Source: Amoebophrya sp. A120
Taxonomy: Eukaryota; Protista; Dinoflagellata
Direction: 5' to 3'
NCBI GenBank assembly: GCA_905178155.1
Contig: CAJINV010000014.1
Location: 964,116-1,028,115, forward strand
Length of the DNA stretch: 64,000 nucleotides
Shown here: positions 61,448 to 64,000 of the stretch, in pieces
Layout of the letters: each line of letters opens with the position of its first letter
Numbering within the stretch: position 1 is the stretch's first letter
Notes under the pieces: generated by a model
Told to the model about the DNA's origin: nothing
The model's database searches: none
Seen by the model: only the letters and a program-made list of their open reading frames with translations
Program-made: the position numbers and the translations under genes

Positions 61448-62859
61448 ATGCAACACCGTCGAAGTTTTTACAACTGATTTTTTTCCAGATAATGACGGAT
61501 GCACCTCGGTGCATCATTTTCGACTAAGAGATGACACGCGACGAATATGTAGTATGGGCTAGCAAATCCCTTGGAAGCAACTGCATGGTGTTCCGGCTGG
61601 ACCCTTCCATGATGGAAGGGGGCTGGACCGTTCGAATTTTTTCACAAAATTCCGTTTTGGCTTTTCCACCGATGTGGATTGAGGTGTGCTGGCTGGCACT
61701 GGAAATGATTCTCTATCACCGTGCCACGGATAGTCTTTCCTGTGAGTGTAGCTGAGCCCCTTGGGGGCCTCCGTGGTGGTATAGCCTTGTTGGGTCTAGC
61801 TATTTCTGCTAGCGGGTTACCAATTTTTGGACCGGGTTTTGGGGGGCCAGTCGTCTTCTGAATACCGATCGGCTTCTGCGGCCTTACATCTCTTGCTTGG
61901 CTCTAGGCAATGGCGGTTTGAACCCGTTACCCTACGACTAAGGAGGAGCGTTTGGTCCGGTTTGTGTTTTGCCTCTGCTTGCCAGAGTCGGGCTTGTGGA
62001 TGTAAGGCCGGCTTACTAGTATGTAGCCTGGTTTGTAAGTATTGGCACTACCCAACGGTCCGCAAATTATTTCTCTGATCGGCCGTTCTCCGTTCTGAAA
62101 TCTGGAATTGGGTCCAAGGGTTCCAAAAATTTTCCTGGTCAGCCTTGCTGTCTTCGACTAGCCCGCACAAATTCGTGTGTGGGCGCTGTTTTTATTTTCC
62201 ATCTTTCGCAACCTGTTCCTCCCCGTACAGGCTGGCTGTTGAGAGGAGTTGTGCTGATTTGTGCGAATTTAGTGTGTCTGAGACGTACCTTTCCTCTACT
62301 CGATCTGGAAGCGCCTCTCCTGGGGCTACTAGTGTGATTCCCCCTTTCACTTGAATTTTAGCTCTAGCATTTTCCAGAATGCCGGTATCTTTTCTTGACG
62401 GACATCCAAATGCTTTGCGAACTCCGGGTGCTAGTGGGGCGGGCCCACAAGCTTCGCATGTTAGGACGTGGCAGAAGTTTAGGGCGGAGCAAGGCCCGTG
62501 GCTCTTTGTGGTCCGTCAGGCACTGTTGCTGTTTCCCCCGTCAGCGGGGCCGTTTTTGGTGAGATGTTGGTAGGTGTGGATGCCACTCTACTCGTTGAAG
62601 ACGTCTCGATATTATGCTAGTGCCACTAAGCTGCTGATCCACATGCCGTAGGGGTAGTAGACTCTTTAGCTGCCTTGCCGTTTGCGGTAGACCTAGGCTT
62701 TTGCTTCGGGAAGTGTTCGATTTCTGACCGCGCAAGCAAATAGAGATCGAAATTTGGAAATCCTCTTACTTCTTGTCGAGGGGGCCGTCGACGAAACAGG
62801 TCTTCCGCCGAAGATGCAACACCGTCGAAATTTTTACAACTGATTTTTTTCCAGATAAT
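61448..62859. repeat. 46-bp direct repeat bracketing a 1.32-kb segment
   Basis: ATGCAACACCGTCGAARTTTTTACAACTGATTTTTTTCCAGATAAT at 61448-61493 and 62814-62859, with 1 mismatch. Confidence 0.85.
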
Positions 62860-64000
62860 ATCACACAAAAGGTACTATTAACAGTGAACCCGAATACAAT
62901 AAACAATTACAACCGTGCGGGTACTTCTAAACCGACGAAATTCTGGAACAGAAGCTAATGCTACAACCGAAACTAGGGCGGGACCGCGTTCCACGTCTTG
63001 ATGTTTCGCGATATGAAAAAATGCCAACTACTAGAAAGAGTCTGTCATTGGACAGGTAGGGCTTTGTTCTTGCGGATTGCAAAAGGAAGCGTTTGGAAGA
63101 ATTTTTGCGTTTTGAATATTCGTGATGGAATGATGTCGTGTAATTCGGTTTGGTTTGTGGCAATAACAACGAGCATCTATTCATCTGTCGTGGCTGGAAT
63201 CGTAGGGAAGCGCGATCGTCTGTCGTAATGAAGCAACGGGGCAGCAGGACAACTTTCAAGGAAGAATCACATTTGATATTTCATGTTTCATAAGCAGTCG
63301 ACACTTCGTAGAGGGCAACGTGGCCGCGTTTTGAATGACCAAGTCCAGAAGTTTTATTTCGTGTACAACAAAGTTGCTAGGAATTTGATACGTATCTGTT
63401 TTTTGTGGCAGTAGGTTATGCGCTTGTTTCAAGAGCACTATCACTATGCTGCTGCGTGAGAACTGAAATTGGGAGATTTTTGCTTTGCTGATTTCCACGG
63501 TTACTTCTTGCAAAAGCTAAAAAATGGCCTTGTTTCGTCCGTCGAAGATACTGAAAACGGCCCGCCTCGTACCTGTGCACGACCAGAGCCGGCGGCACTT
63601 TTTCCTGTCTCTCGTGTGTGGGCTGAGGGCCGCGAGGAGCCAAGACGTTGACGCGGGCACACGGGAGTGGAGAAAAACGGTGGAGGAGTACTATTCTTCT
63701 TCTACTTCGAAATCTATTGGCACAAAACATAGCCGTGTCGTCGGTGGTGTTCGCCCAGGCGACGAGAACGAAGGCATGCCAGCATCACAAACACGCCCTT
63801 TCGGCGCACTGGAATCGGATCGGAGAAAATCGCGGAGTGAGAGCGCTGGTCGTGGTGCCACCGCTTTTGTGGACCAGGAGAAGCGACTTCTAGAGGATCA
63901 GGCAGCAGAGGAACCACCTGCGCAAGGAAATGTCCTGGGTCCAAAAGCCACCTCCCTCCTGGAAGAGGCCACGGGACGTCGCAAAGTGGAACGCGAGGAG

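Overview
Eukaryotic genomic DNA with many introns. Its architecture strongly suggests a parasitic syndinian dinoflagellate such as Amoebophrya; this is inferred from the introners and is not a database hit. The dominant signal is 23 'introner' elements of 252-401 bp, all inserted in coding exons. Each is bounded by terminal inverted repeats that begin TAT and end ATA (two left ends deviate, TGT and TAC) and by a 5-bp target-site duplication (TSD). They fall into five TIR families. In all 23 cases, removing the element plus one TSD copy rejoins the flanking ORF fragments in frame, mostly without GT-AG boundaries. This rebuilds several genes that the six-frame track shows only as pieces: a ~2400-aa protein with a C2-like domain, a membrane protein with 8 introners, a DnaJ, an ACP5-like metallophosphatase, and an EF-hand/WD40 protein with 6 introners. 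A repeat island at about 36.2-50.5 kb contains 31-bp and ~260-bp satellites, an assembly gap and a TRIM-like element. It also contains a decayed tyrosine-recombinase retrotransposon with split direct repeats, an unusual YR-gag-RT-RNaseH order and an apparently intron-containing gag. No transposase that could mobilise the introners is visible in this window.
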